A stretch of 64,000 nucleotides of DNA from a virus (taxonomy: Duplodnaviria > Caudoviricetes): the IMG/VR virus record IMGVR_UViG_3300001687_000015, positions 3,403 to 67,402 of that record; one strand, given 5' to 3'. The notes under the pieces were generated by a model that was given only the letters and a program-made list of their open reading frames with translations, was not told the DNA's origin and ran no database searches. Below are positions 32,828 through 45,100 of the stretch, in pieces (position 1 is the stretch's first letter; each line of letters starts with the position of its first letter). The translations under genes were made by a program, and so were the position numbers.

Positions 32828-34810
32828 ATGTCAGATGACGCATTGCCAATCATACAAAATATCATAGACAAGATGCCAACGTATGAGCCATCAGATCCGG
32901 TGGCCTCCCCCAACACGGCCCTTGAGCGGGTTCTCGCCGTGGCAGAGTTCGCAGACAACTTGGCCACGGCTGCGGAGGGACACATCGTTGAACTGAAAAA
33001 CAATGCCCTTGTGGATTACATGGTGGATCTGCCAGAGTATCAGGAGATTGACTTCGTAGCGGATAACCCAGCGCTCCCTGCGCCGCTTGCGGAGGTGGTC
33101 ATCCCCGCCATGGTTGTGCCTGGGGTTCCGTTTCCCTATCCGATCCCAGATCCTGACGATGTGGTAATAACCACAGACCCCCCACCCGATTACAGCCCCA
33201 CGAAGCCGCCAATCACGATTCCCCCCGCCCCCAATGTTCCCTTCCCATCTTTTACGGAGGAGCCACCCCAGATCTCTAGCCCAGAGATCCCAGAAAAGCC
33301 TATCTACACCCTGCCGCCTGTGCCGCGAATAGATGACATCACCATCCCTTCGCCGCCGGAGTACAATATCCCACCATGGGAGGGAACAGCGCCCACCCAG
33401 GATCTCACGCCACCGGAGCCTATGTTTGTGTGGAACGAAATTGAGTATGACTCCACCCTCAAACAGCTAGTATCCACCAAGCTGGGCAATGAGATTGTCA
33501 ATGGCGGGAGAGGCATTGATACGGCCTGGGAGGCTGCATTCCTGGCGCGCAGAAGGAGCGACCTCGCTGACAAACACGAGGAGATGTACATCGAGGCCGA
33601 GAACCGCTGGGCTGGCAGAGGGTTCGCCATGCCCCCAGGAGCGCTGGCCGGTGCGATTTTGGAGATTCAGAAACAGGTTCTTCGCAATGAAGAAAACCTT
33701 GCCAACGACATCATCATTAAACAAGAGGAACTCGCATACGAATACGGCAAGTTCCTGGTAGAGGCCGCGCTTCAATGGGAAAAGACCCTGATGGACAACG
33801 AGAATTACTACAAAAACCGAGCGTTTGAAGCCGCCAAGTATGTAGTTGAGTCTGCCCTTGTGGTTTATCAGGCGAAGGTCGAAGCGTACAAGGCCCAACT
33901 GGCTGCGTATCAGGTGGAGGCCCAGGTGTATGAAGCCAGGATAAGGGCCGAGATCGGCAAGGCCGAACTCTACAAAGCCGAGATCGAAGGGAAAAAGGCA
34001 GAGGTGGGGGTCAAACAGGCATTGATCGAAGCCTACAAGGCACAGATAGCCGGGATAAACACCCTGGTAGATCTCTACCGTGCCGAGATGCAGGGCGCGC
34101 AGATCCAGGCTGACATTGACCGTACCAAGATCGAATCATACCAAGCCCTGGTACAGGCGTATGCTGCCAGAATTCAGGCGATTAAGGTGCGATACGAGGC
34201 ATATGAAGCCCAGATCTCCGGAGAGGCTGAAAAGGTAAAGATCTGGATAGCGGAAGCCGAGGCGTATGAGGCCGAGGTTAAAGGCTATGCCGCCAAGGCA
34301 AATGTCGATGTCGCCAGGGCCGAGGCGCAACTCAAGATCAACATGAGTGAGGTCGAAGTCTTCAAGGCGCTCGTCCAGAAATACGATTCCGAGGTGGACT
34401 ACGTCATGAAGACAGTGGATGCCGCAGTCGGCCACGCCAGGGTTGCGGTGGAGGCACGAGATGTAACGATGAAGCAAACGGTTGCCGAGATCGGCCTCAA
34501 AGGGCAAATTGCCCAGGCCAGGGCTGAAAGCCTGAAGGCGCAAGCGATGTTTGCCCAGGCAAGTGCAACCACGCAAGCGGCAGCAGCAAGGGCGAATGCC
34601 ACGATAGCCGCAGCGACAGCGGAGGCCGCAGCCAGGATCGGTGCGGCAACTATCGCGGCGGCATATGCAGGACTCTCGTTTACTGCCAGTGCAGGGTTTA
34701 GAGAAGTCTACCATGGTGGCGGCACGAACAATAGAAATTACAACAGCACACACATAGGCCGTGCATCTGGTGAAACCGGCACTTACAGACACTACAACTA
34801 CAGCATGTAG
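32828..34810 (+). CDS. putative internal virion/ejection protein (Pro-rich linker, long coiled coil)
   Basis: GGAGG 32815-32819 then ATG 32828; RGFAMPPGAL motif; Ala/Glu/Lys heptads. Confidence 0.6.
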   Translation: MSDDALPIIQNIIDKMPTYEPSDPVASPNTALERVLAVAEFADNLATAAEGHIVELKNNALVDYMVDLPEYQEIDFVADNPALPAPLAEVVIPAMVVPGVPFPYPIPDPDDVVITTDPPPDYSPTKPPITIPPAPNVPFPSFTEEPPQISSPEIPEKPIYTLPPVPRIDDITIPSPPEYNIPPWEGTAPTQDLTPPEPMFVWNEIEYDSTLKQLVSTKLGNEIVNGGRGIDTAWEAAFLARRRSDLADKHEEMYIEAENRWAGRGFAMPPGALAGAILEIQKQVLRNEENLANDIIIKQEELAYEYGKFLVEAALQWEKTLMDNENYYKNRAFEAAKYVVESALVVYQAKVEAYKAQLAAYQVEAQVYEARIRAEIGKAELYKAEIEGKKAEVGVKQALIEAYKAQIAGINTLVDLYRAEMQGAQIQADIDRTKIESYQALVQAYAARIQAIKVRYEAYEAQISGEAEKVKIWIAEAEAYEAEVKGYAAKANVDVARAEAQLKINMSEVEVFKALVQKYDSEVDYVMKTVDAAVGHARVAVEARDVTMKQTVAEIGLKGQIAQARAESLKAQAMFAQASATTQAAAARANATIAAATAEAAARIGAATIAAAYAGLSFTASAGFREVYHGGGTNNRNYNSTHIGRASGETGTYRHYNYSM

Positions 34811-34826
34811 ACAAGGAGCAAGGGCG

Positions 34827-36125
34827 ATGGCTGACGATGAGAAGAAAAAACGGCAGATGATCAGGGAGCCGGTATTCGGGAGGCGGCACATGGTCAGAAG
34901 GCCCATCAGCAGCGCGGCCAGGGAAACAGGGCCGAGGCCACTTCATGGAGAAGGGCCGCAAGACCTTTCGCTGAAACGCGCCAACTTCTTTAGCGGCACC
35001 GAGTATCAAGAGGGCTATGGGCCGTATGGCAGGAGAGGCCAGGATCTGTCGAAGAAAAGCTGGGCCGAGCGCCTTACTGGCTTCAAACCAGAAGGGAGCA
35101 AAATGCCTACCGCCATGACTGAAGCTGACGTAACTCCTGAAGGCGGCACCGGCAAACAATCATGGGCTGGCCGAGCCTTTGAGGTCACAGATAAGGTTCT
35201 CTACAACCTCCTGGTAGAGGAGCCTTACAGGTACTATGGCGGCAAGATAAGAAAAGCCCTTGCTGGTGAGAAAAAGGAGCCAGAGGCCAAGCCTAAAACA
35301 CTCAGGGAGCAGCTTGGCCTTGGCACTGCCGAAGGGCCACCCCCTGAAGCGCCAAGCCCCCAGGATATGAGAAGGAGAGCCTTGGAGATGGCAGGGATGA
35401 ATCTAGACCTGAAGGGTGATGCAGCCGATACGGAGTGGCGCAAACGTGATCAATGGGCCGTGCAAGCTCGTAAGGATGTCGAGAGGTGGAAGGAGGAAAA
35501 CATCTGGTCTAAAACACCAGAACTGCTTGAAGTATCCGGTGGCCCTGGCCCAGCAAGCGATTACCTGCTCCCAGATTCTCTGAGGCTAACCGTTGAGGGC
35601 TTTGAGAATGCCGTTCCTATCGAAGCGATTCGTGGTACTGTAAGGAGCTATTTCGATCCTCGCACCAAGCAAGAATATGGCACTCTGGCAGAAGCCCTTG
35701 TGGGCCGACACTCTGCCATGACACAGCGAGAGAGAGTCGCGATGGGGTTCCTGCTTGAGATGATGAAGACTAGGGGCAAGAAGAAGTACGGTATGTATCA
35801 GGGCAAATGGGATGATATCCGACAGGAATGGATTGAAGAGCCGTTCATGTATGCCATAGACAACCCCGAAGAGAGGGCTTATTTCAGTGAGATGCAAGAT
35901 GCTGAAAGGCAACTCAGGGTGCAGCAAGGCGACAGTGACATGGAGAGCGAAATCGTAGAGGCCGGTAAGAAGAACAACCTGCAGAAGGTTGTCCGGATGC
36001 TCCGAAATACCAGAAAAGAAGATGTCGCTGCACGAAACAGGATCTGGGAGATCCTTGAGAGGTACGGCTGGGCAGAGGACACCCAAGAGGTCATGAGGAT
36101 TATGAATAAAAAGAAGGGGAAATAA
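34827..36125 (+). CDS. putative internal virion/ejection protein
   Basis: aaggag SD then ATG 34827; charged low-complexity sequence; lies between the coiled-coil protein and the giant gene. Confidence 0.6.
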   Translation: MADDEKKKRQMIREPVFGRRHMVRRPISSAARETGPRPLHGEGPQDLSLKRANFFSGTEYQEGYGPYGRRGQDLSKKSWAERLTGFKPEGSKMPTAMTEADVTPEGGTGKQSWAGRAFEVTDKVLYNLLVEEPYRYYGGKIRKALAGEKKEPEAKPKTLREQLGLGTAEGPPPEAPSPQDMRRRALEMAGMNLDLKGDAADTEWRKRDQWAVQARKDVERWKEENIWSKTPELLEVSGGPGPASDYLLPDSLRLTVEGFENAVPIEAIRGTVRSYFDPRTKQEYGTLAEALVGRHSAMTQRERVAMGFLLEMMKTRGKKKYGMYQGKWDDIRQEWIEEPFMYAIDNPEERAYFSEMQDAERQLRVQQGDSDMESEIVEAGKKNNLQKVVRMLRNTRKEDVAARNRIWEILERYGWAEDTQEVMRIMNKKKGK

Positions 36126-39100
36126 ATGTTAACCCTGGAAGAAGTGTTGGCCGAGGCCGAGAAGGAAAAGCCCAAAGAGACACAGGAGGCGCAGCCCACC
36201 TGGGAGCGTCCATCGTATGGGGATCTGCTGACCGAAGCGCAGCAGCGCAAGACGATGCGGGAGCCGGAGCCAGGATTCACAAAAGTCGCTGCCAAAGGGC
36301 TTCTGCGAAGTGGCTATCAAATGATCGGCAGCATTGGCTCCATGGCTGGATGGTTCAACGAAATGATCGGCCTGGATGAACTCGCCAAGGGCGGCTTCGC
36401 ATTCCGCAAGCGGTGGGAAGACCGGATCAACGAGGGCTGGAGCGCGCCTGATCCTCGTGTATTTGAGGGAAGGTTCTGGGATAAGCCCTCCCTTAAACGT
36501 GCAGTGGGAATCATCGCAGAAACCGTGCCTACACTGGGCGCAGCCCTTGCCATTGGTTACGCCAGCGGAGTGCGGTGGCTTGGTGCCACAGCCTTGGGGT
36601 TGATGGAGGGTGCGCCGGAATATGAAGAGATGCGAAAGGCAGGAAGAGGCGTTGGGGTATCAAGTGTTTATGGCGGCATAGTGTCAGGTGGCATCGCTGC
36701 CCTGGAATACCTCCCTATCGGTCACATGCTAGGTGCTTTTGAGAAATTTGGGGCCAAATCATTTGCCAAGGGGTTCTGGAAGGGTATGGGCTTGGGCGCA
36801 GTCGAAGAGGGGCTGCAGGAAGCATCCCAGCAAGTATTCCAGAACTGGATGGCGCAGATGGGCTATGACGATACCAGGATGCTCCTTGAGGGCGTAACCG
36901 AGGCCATCATCGGGGGCGCTGGGGCTGGTGGTATTGCCGGTGGCACTGTGGGCAAGCTTCAGGCGTGGGCCGAAGACAACAAGGACAAGGTCGATGTCAG
37001 CAAGACCATTGATGAAGCGCAAGAGCTTGTCGAAAACCAGATGGAAACGATTACCGGCCAGAAGGGTACACCCCAGACACTCATTGACCGGCTGAGTGGC
37101 GAATTTGACCGAGAGCAAGAGGCGGCAGAGGGAGTAGACCAACCGCTTACCCCACGGCCAGATCTCGCAGAGGGTCAGGAAGTCATGACCCCTGTAGGCA
37201 TTGGCGTGATCGAGGAGATCGACAAGGATTATGTCAATGTGAGATTCCCAGGCACCGGAGAGGCCACAGGGTTTCCCGATGCCGAGGTCGAACCCCTTGG
37301 AGTGGCAGAAGCTGAACCAGTAAGCGAGGAACCGGCAATCGATTTGAAGACACTTCAGGAAAAGCCCACCATGCACGAGTATGTTCTCAAGCGCCAGGAG
37401 ATCCACGAGCCTGAAGTGGTGGCCGAAGCCAAGAAGATGCAAGCGCGGCTGGAGAAAGCAGCCATCCCGACCCCCACCCCTGCAGATGAAACCATCAGGG
37501 TAGATGAGGAGCAGGTCGAGCCGCAGAGGACGGCAGGGCTACGGAACGACCCCTTCTTCACCGAAGCCTGGGCCAAGAAGGGAGTCCAGGCTCTCGATGA
37601 GCGCGAGAGCCACATCAAGACAGCCTTTGTGGATACCGAAACCTTTATGGACTCCGAGTTCTATGATGGCTCCTACCCTGTCCCTGAAACTGGTGGCCTC
37701 CTGGCCGCAGAAAAGACCAAGCGCTACAAGGAGGACGAGGGGTATCGAGCCTGGGTGGATAAGACCGCCATGGACATGGCCCAGACCATCATCGATGCCA
37801 ATAAGAAGCGCCAGATCCTCCAGGGTTCAGCCAATGCAGGACTCTTCGGCGTATCCTACAATATCCAGCAAGTCGAGCAGACCGGCAAGAAGGTCAAGGG
37901 CAAGTACACCGTCAATGTGGCTCGTGCCTGGAACCAGGAAGCCAAGGTCAAATACCCCTACGTCTACAAGCTGGGAGACATCTCTGTTCGCGAGGCGCTG
38001 CAAAACTCTCTCGATGCAGTGATGAGAGCCAAGAAGCTCCGAGAGGTCAAGGATGGCAAGATTGAGATCGAAGTCCTTGGCATGGAGCCGATACCCCCAG
38101 AGGTTGACGCAAAAACTGGAAAGCCTGTGTGGAGGGCAGATACCTCCCTTGCAGAAGAATTCCACAAAAGAACGCAAGAGGCGGGAGGCGAGATAACTTA
38201 TGATGAAATCTACAAAGGGCTGCAAGACATTGCCCAGTACGGCAGATACTCAGATTACTGGGAGAAGGAGGCCATCTCACTCAGACCAGTAGCCAAGGCG
38301 CTGGGCTACGATGAACACGACATCAGCAAGGCATTCTCTGATGCATTCGGGCCAATCGCTTCAGGTTACACCATCGATGACAACGGCATCGGCATGAGCG
38401 ATGTCGATATCGCAGATAAGTTCCTGGCGCTTCATGGAACCGGCAAGGATGTCGAGGGCGAATTCGGGGGATTCGGAATCGCGAAGGCAGTTATCCTGGG
38501 GCCGTCCGATACCGCCACCTGGACGCTACACACTCGCGACAATTATTTCACCCATGAAATGGCCACAGCCATTGAGGAGATCGGCACCACAAAACGCCGC
38601 CAGGGTACGCGCTTGGAGGTCAGGACACAGGATCAAATTATCGATCCCACCATAACTCGCCAGTATGTGGAAACTACGAGGCCACCCAAGGGAATCAAAA
38701 TCCTCTACAAGTATCAGGACACGCCATCGGAGGAGTTGGGAGATCCCTTCAAGGGCAAGCGCCGTCAGGTCACCAAGACAAAAATAGATGACAACACTGA
38801 TATGGAGATCACCTACCTCCCGAAGCCAGGATTCGATTATCAGAGGAAGATGATCATCCGGCTGGTGGGTAAAACCAGTGGCGCGAGACTCACCCAGGCC
38901 ATCAGGGCGGTCAATGATGAGGGCTTCTCAGGCGCTATCGTAGTGGACATCACCACAGATCTCACACCCAGCCATGCAGATTATCCCCTTGATGGCTCCC
39001 GCATGAACTTCAAGGGAACGAAGCCCAAAGAGGCGATAACCAAAGTCATCAACAAGGTTTCTCTGGACAAGAAAAGCGCTGCGCGGGTGGGGGTCACGAG

Positions 39101-42100
39101 CCGCAAATACTGGTTAGCCCAGCGCCCTGAGTGGAAAAAGACCCTGCAGAGGATCAAGACTGACAAGAACTACCAGAACCTTCTCAAGGTGATCAGCGAT
39201 ATCTACGATGAAACAGGACAATTCCACGGCCATGGCCCCCGCCATGGGATGGTTGGCGAGACACCCACTACTCACTTGCCAGACATGGAAGTGCAGATAG
39301 ATGTGGGAGCCAAAAAGAAGGGCGGCTCCCTGGCTCACGCCATTCATGTGACCGCCTACGAGGCCGTGGCTCGTCTGCTGTCAGTTCCGATAGGTGCTAA
39401 AGTTGGCAAGCTCTACGGCCTTATCTCCAAGGAAATAGATGGCGCGACTGTGGGCGCACAGTACAACCCAGGTACAGGAGCTATGGGTTTAAACTTTCTC
39501 AACTTCGACAAGACTGCACTCAAGAACCCCACCACGTTTGCCCAGTACCTTAAAAGCTTGGTAGTGCATGAGCTTACACATGCCTGGGTTACGCAACACG
39601 ATGAAGACTACAGTACCATGCGTGAGCAGAACGATAACAAGGCCGCACCATACTTTGATTACATCTTGAGAATTGCCGAAGCGGCCCTTGGCAAAAAGAG
39701 CAAGCTGCGCAAAGCTACAGTCACCAAGGACAAGATTGTTGAAAAAGAAGTAGAAGTTGTGGTAGAAAGAGAGATAGAGAAAGAAATATTGAGGTTTGTT
39801 CGCGATCCAGAGCAGATGGAACTGTTTCGTGAACAAGAAATAGGAGGTTACGGTGGCTACGAAGACCAAATCTTCTTATCTCCCCAAAGTGCAAGGCAAT
39901 TACGACTTTTCCCAACCAGAGATGATCGACTCACTACTGGATGGGGCAGCACGGAACGCATTGTTGGAACTAGGGGGGCAGTTCAACAGCCCACTGCACA
40001 AGGCGCTCCTGACACTGGTGAGGGACGGCTACGACCTCGCGCAGATCTCCCCGATGTCTTCGCAGCCCCCCCAGAGCGAAGGAGCCTCTGGAGAAGAGTC
40101 AAAAACTGGATCTCCCCCCGAACAAAAGCCCAAAGAAAACGTCTAAACTCTCAGATCCCCGATGAGATGAGCGCCCCCTGGAAGAAGGGGATCAAGAACA
40201 CTCCGCAATACTCTCTCCAGCGCATCGAGCGCCCAGTTGTAACCCACTACATCAAGAAGGAAGACCTTGGCAAGGAACCCAAGAAGGTCATGAAGGTCTT
40301 TCTCGTTTCCATCCCCGATGACATCCAGAGCAACCTCAAAGAAGGAAAGCCACAGATCGTCTTTGACAATGTTGAAGATGCCAGGGGCCACAACGTGAAT
40401 CCAGAGCGCCTCAAGGATTGGCTCCAACTCTACGATATGAGCATGAATCTGAAGTACGCAAAAGACTTCTGGGTTCGCAAAAAAGAGGGCAAGCTTGAAG
40501 GAGTAATAGAACTCTACCTCACAAAAGGATGTCATCGAGTCCCTACCATCATTGAGCGCGTAGAGATTGGCATCCTGCCGCCAGAAACCCACCTGGAAGC
40601 CTGTTACGAGGGGATGTGCTTTGTCAACTACAAGCAGTATTCCCTCTATGGTCAGATAGAGAATATGGAGGTCAGGGATCTGCAAATGGCAGATCCTGAT
40701 GCCATCGCAAACTTCCTAAAAAGGGCAAACATTGCCAATCTCAACGACACTCCATTCTTGCGTGAAGGCGCTTTGGGGGATTCCTCCCATGCCCTGGCAA
40801 CTGACGCAGCCGAGGCGTGGCTCCATGAGGGCAGGAAGCGTGGCATTACTGTGCCTACTGTTTTCATCAGTTCAGGATACGGCCCTGTCAGTGATGAGCG
40901 CTACCAGAGGCTTGGCCCCTATGCGGATCGATTCGTGCTTCATTTCAGCACCTCTGGCTGGTTCCCCCGAAACGAGATCATGATGCGCTTGGCTGAGTTC
41001 CAGGCAGCGCGGGATGCTGGCTTGCCAGCCGTGATCAGGGTGGTGACGAATCGCGACCAACTCCCCAACCGCTATGGCGATGTGGTGAACATGAGAAATG
41101 AGGAGTTCCTGTTTAACCAGCTTGGTGAGATGCGGGTCAGCCAGGATGAGCTTTTAGAGACTCAGTATCACGATGATACCGTTGACCGCAGAAAGCCAGA
41201 GCATCGAAGTAGCTCGACAGGCCAATTCAAGCATCAGTGCGGTGAGACAGGCCGATGCGTGTCTTGCGGCGCAAAGTGCCTCGTTAACACGCTTTTGGGG
41301 GGCCAAAAAGGCAAAAGCCGTATCTATGTACCCCCCCAATATAGCCTGGAGCGCGGCAAACCCCCGATCAAAACGGTCTACAGCTTCAACCATGTGGGGG
41401 CTGTCGAGGGGAGTCCGAATGATAGCCATCGCATACAAACCGTAGGCAGAGATCTCTTGGAGAGCGGTATCGAGCTTGGCGAGGAACTCGCTCATGATCA
41501 CATCGACCTGGGCGAGGGGAGAGACTACCTGAAGGAGGCTCCTGGGGCCGATGTCACCATCCTGCACTGGATACCCGATGAGGGCATAGGCCGTGTGGGG
41601 CAGGTGGGCCTGTTCCAGATCTCAGAGTTGCACAGCATCGAGAAGTGGCGCGAGGCTCTGCTGAAATCCGACTCCGCTTTCATCTACGTCTTTGGCGGCA
41701 TTGATGAGATCAGCGGCGAGAAGCTGGGGGATCTCCCAGGCTACACCAGGGAGAAGGTCGGCCCCAGGTGGGCTGAGATGACCCGCTACACCCGAAACGT
41801 GCCGAGTTATCAGATGGTGGATGCCAGGGATCGGTTTATGTCCAGGCGGGTTTCCAATCTCAGGGCGCGGTTGGAGGAGGTGGCCACCCAGGAGGCTGAT
41901 GAGGCGCTGATCAAGCACGATATCGGCATCCCCTTCTACGATGAGTTCGCAGAGTGGCCAGAGAACCAGAATTTACCAGGAGGCGCAAGACAGTTGAAGG
42001 CCCGATACATCGAGCGTTTCGGTGAACTGAAAACCGTCCAGATCGGAAAAGTCCAGGCTGCAATCGGCAGCAGACTGACGAGAACTGGCGATATCCGGCT

Positions 42101-45100
42101 GGAGGACATGTATGACCGGCTCAAGAGACAGGCGCAGATCATCGGCTGGGTGGCAGTGCAGGAGAATGAGAAACTATTCAAGACCGGAACGCCGGTTACT
42201 TTCCAATATGTGAGAAACACTGAGAAAGCCCCCGATATGGGAGAGCGGTTCCAGCAGCACCTGGAGCCAGCGGGATCGTACATGCTCCACAACCCCGATC
42301 CTGGCGATCTTCCAGGTAATTGGAAAGCTGGAACGATCACGCTCCGATCTCCCCTGGTGATCAAGTTCCACAGCGTCCCTGGTGAGGCGCGCTACAACGA
42401 GAACAGTTGGAAGGCGAACTTGAGCAGAGCCTACGGTGGGATGACCGGCTGGGATCTCTCGCGCACCCTGATGGCAGAGGGGTTCGACAGTATTGTCACT
42501 GTCGGCCAGACGCTTGACGGCAAGCCCATGGATACCAGGGAGATCATCTACCTGGGGCCAACGGCCCACTATTTGCGCGGCAAGGCCCAGAGGCCAACGG
42601 TAAAGTCTCGTTTTACCAGGATAACCACCGAAGACCTGCAAACGATTTTCCCAGGACAAAAGATCGGCGTAGATGGTGACGGCAACATCTGGATAGAAAC
42701 CAAGGCTGGTCATGTCTTGAAGATCCAGGGAGTTGAGGAGATAACACCCGACTCTTATGGCCTAGAAGTGGCCTATGGCCAGACAGGACTTGAGGGTGGT
42801 GAACGCATCCTAGGGGAGTACGCAAGTGGACAGATCAAGCTGCAGCGAGATGCCGCTGGCCGATTCACCTTGGCGCATGAATCCATTCATTGGCTGGAGG
42901 ACATGGGGATTCTCTCCTCCAAAGACATCGCCATCATCAAGGGTACGATCAAGCGGCTGTACAAGCAGGGGAAATTTGAGCCGGTGCGCAATCGGGATGG
43001 GAGCATCATTGACCTGGGAGGCCCAGAGGATCGGGCGAATTATTTGGCAAGCCAAATACTGGAGCAGCCCACAGGCGCAATGGCCCAGATAGTAAAAAAA
43101 ATTCAGGATTTCATCGACAGGCTGGTCAATCTCGTGCAGCGCACTTCCCATGGGATCATCCGAGACATCAAAACCGGAGCCATCTACGACAATGGTATCG
43201 CCTCTGGTCATGCCGTAAACCTTCATGGAGTGGCCCAAAAAAGCGGCCCCATTTGGACGAGCCAGATGACAGAGTGGGTTATAAAGACAGGGCCGAACAA
43301 GGCTACTGCCGATCAATGGCTGAAAACCCTGGAGAGAACGGCCAACAAGGGGCAGCATTTCAAAAAGGAAGAATACGATTGGTCAGGCATAAAGGAATGG
43401 CTTGAGAGCTTGGCCGGTGATCCAGCCCAACTCAAGCTCTGGGGGGTGCATGATCGGATTTCCAAAGAGCAGGTTGTCCAATGGCTGGCGGCACACAACA
43501 TTAAAATAGAAGAAACAGCGATGGTTGACTACCATGGCTCAGTTGACTCTGGTGCATTCGTAGAGGAGATAGAACAGCTTGAGGACACCTACGACATCCT
43601 TCGGGAAGACGAAGGTGAAGTTGGCCCGTGGGCAATTGATTTTCGGGTGGGGGGAACTCCATGGGGGGAGTGGCATGATCAAGATATCGATGATTTGAGG
43701 GAACATCAAGGAGAGCAGGGCTATCCCCAGCTTTCCGATGAGGACTTCTATGCCCTGGAGCGATACCAGGAGGGGGTGGATGAAGAGGGCTGGGATGAGA
43801 TGTCAGTCATCGACCTTCCTGTCCCATACATGTGGGAAGCTGATACCCCGCTAGGAACCTACCGAATTCATCGCAAGATCCTCTACAAACCCGATGGCAA
43901 AGTGGATCAGGTGGTCTTCGATGTCTGGCGAGAAGGCTATCAGGTACATGAATTTGTTTTTGATCATTACGAACTCTGGGATCAAGAACAAGATGAGGTG
44001 AATTATCAGAACCTCCAAGAAAATCTTGATTACGCCTTGCATGATGCAGTAACTGCTGCCAACGATGATTTCAATGCCGATTTCCATACTGGTGAAGCCA
44101 CCGGAAGCGGCGCTCGATATGAAGGCAGAGACTATTTGACCGTGGGAGAGTACGGCAACTACCAGGAGATACTGCTCAAAATCCCCACAATCGAAGCAAG
44201 GGCCAAAGAGCGCTATGAGGATGCCAAGGATGCGTACCATGACTACATCGAAGAGTTGGCCGCTAAATACACGGTTGATGCCTGGGTAATCCCAGATGTC
44301 GCGACTGATGAGGAGAATAGCAATCTTCTCCGGTTGCAACTCACCATGGAGGATGCTGAGAATTTTGCCTCCAGAGCGAAATACAAACATGGGCATTGGA
44401 GTGGGGAATCCAATTTTGTGGTGCATGTCCGATTCAACGAGCGGGTAGATGCTGATGGTAAGCGCACCCTTTTCATTGAGGAGATCCAAAGCGATTGGCA
44501 CCAGGATGCGAGGAAACTTAGGAATCGACAGGTTTTCAATCTGATGAAAGACGGCATGAGCCGTGCAGAAGCCGAAGCGGCAGTTCCCCAAAACTATGGC
44601 TACCAGGATCATAGTGCAGAGCAACGGCATCGTGAAGCTAGGGACTTGACCAGGAAAATCCAGGCAGATTTGGGCCACAAATATGAAGTGCGCAACTTCG
44701 GGTCAAGTCGCTTAGCCTTCCGATCCTATGTCATCGCTGCTGGGGCTACCGAAGAGGAAATTGACCGACTCGATGCAGCAACCAGGGAAGAGCTATGGTG
44801 GAATGAGCGAGTAAGTTATGCGAATCCCCACGCACCGCTTAAAACAGGCTACACCCTGGTTGCGATGAAAAGGATGATCCGCTGGGCAGCAGAGCATGGT
44901 TACGAAAGGGTTGCCTGGACACCTGGATGGATACAAGTGGATCGGTGGAGCCGGAACTTGCGGCGAACCGCAGACAAAATTAGCTGGCAAAAAGAATACA
45001 CCACTGATTGGACTCCGGCCAAGGAATGGTCGAGGGAGATAGCAGGAAGGTTGAATCAGGTTCTGGCCGATTGGTGGAGGGTCAAAAGCCAGGACATCGA

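Noticed and set aside
32828-34810. Tape measure protein
   Set aside because: Coiled-coil part is short, lacks the aromatic periodic repeats, and no tail tube or chaperone frameshift pair precedes it
43851-44678. 275-aa minus-strand ORF and other long antisense ORFs within the giant gene
   Set aside because: Shadow frames of a long coding sequence; hydrophobic composition follows from the sense-strand codon bias
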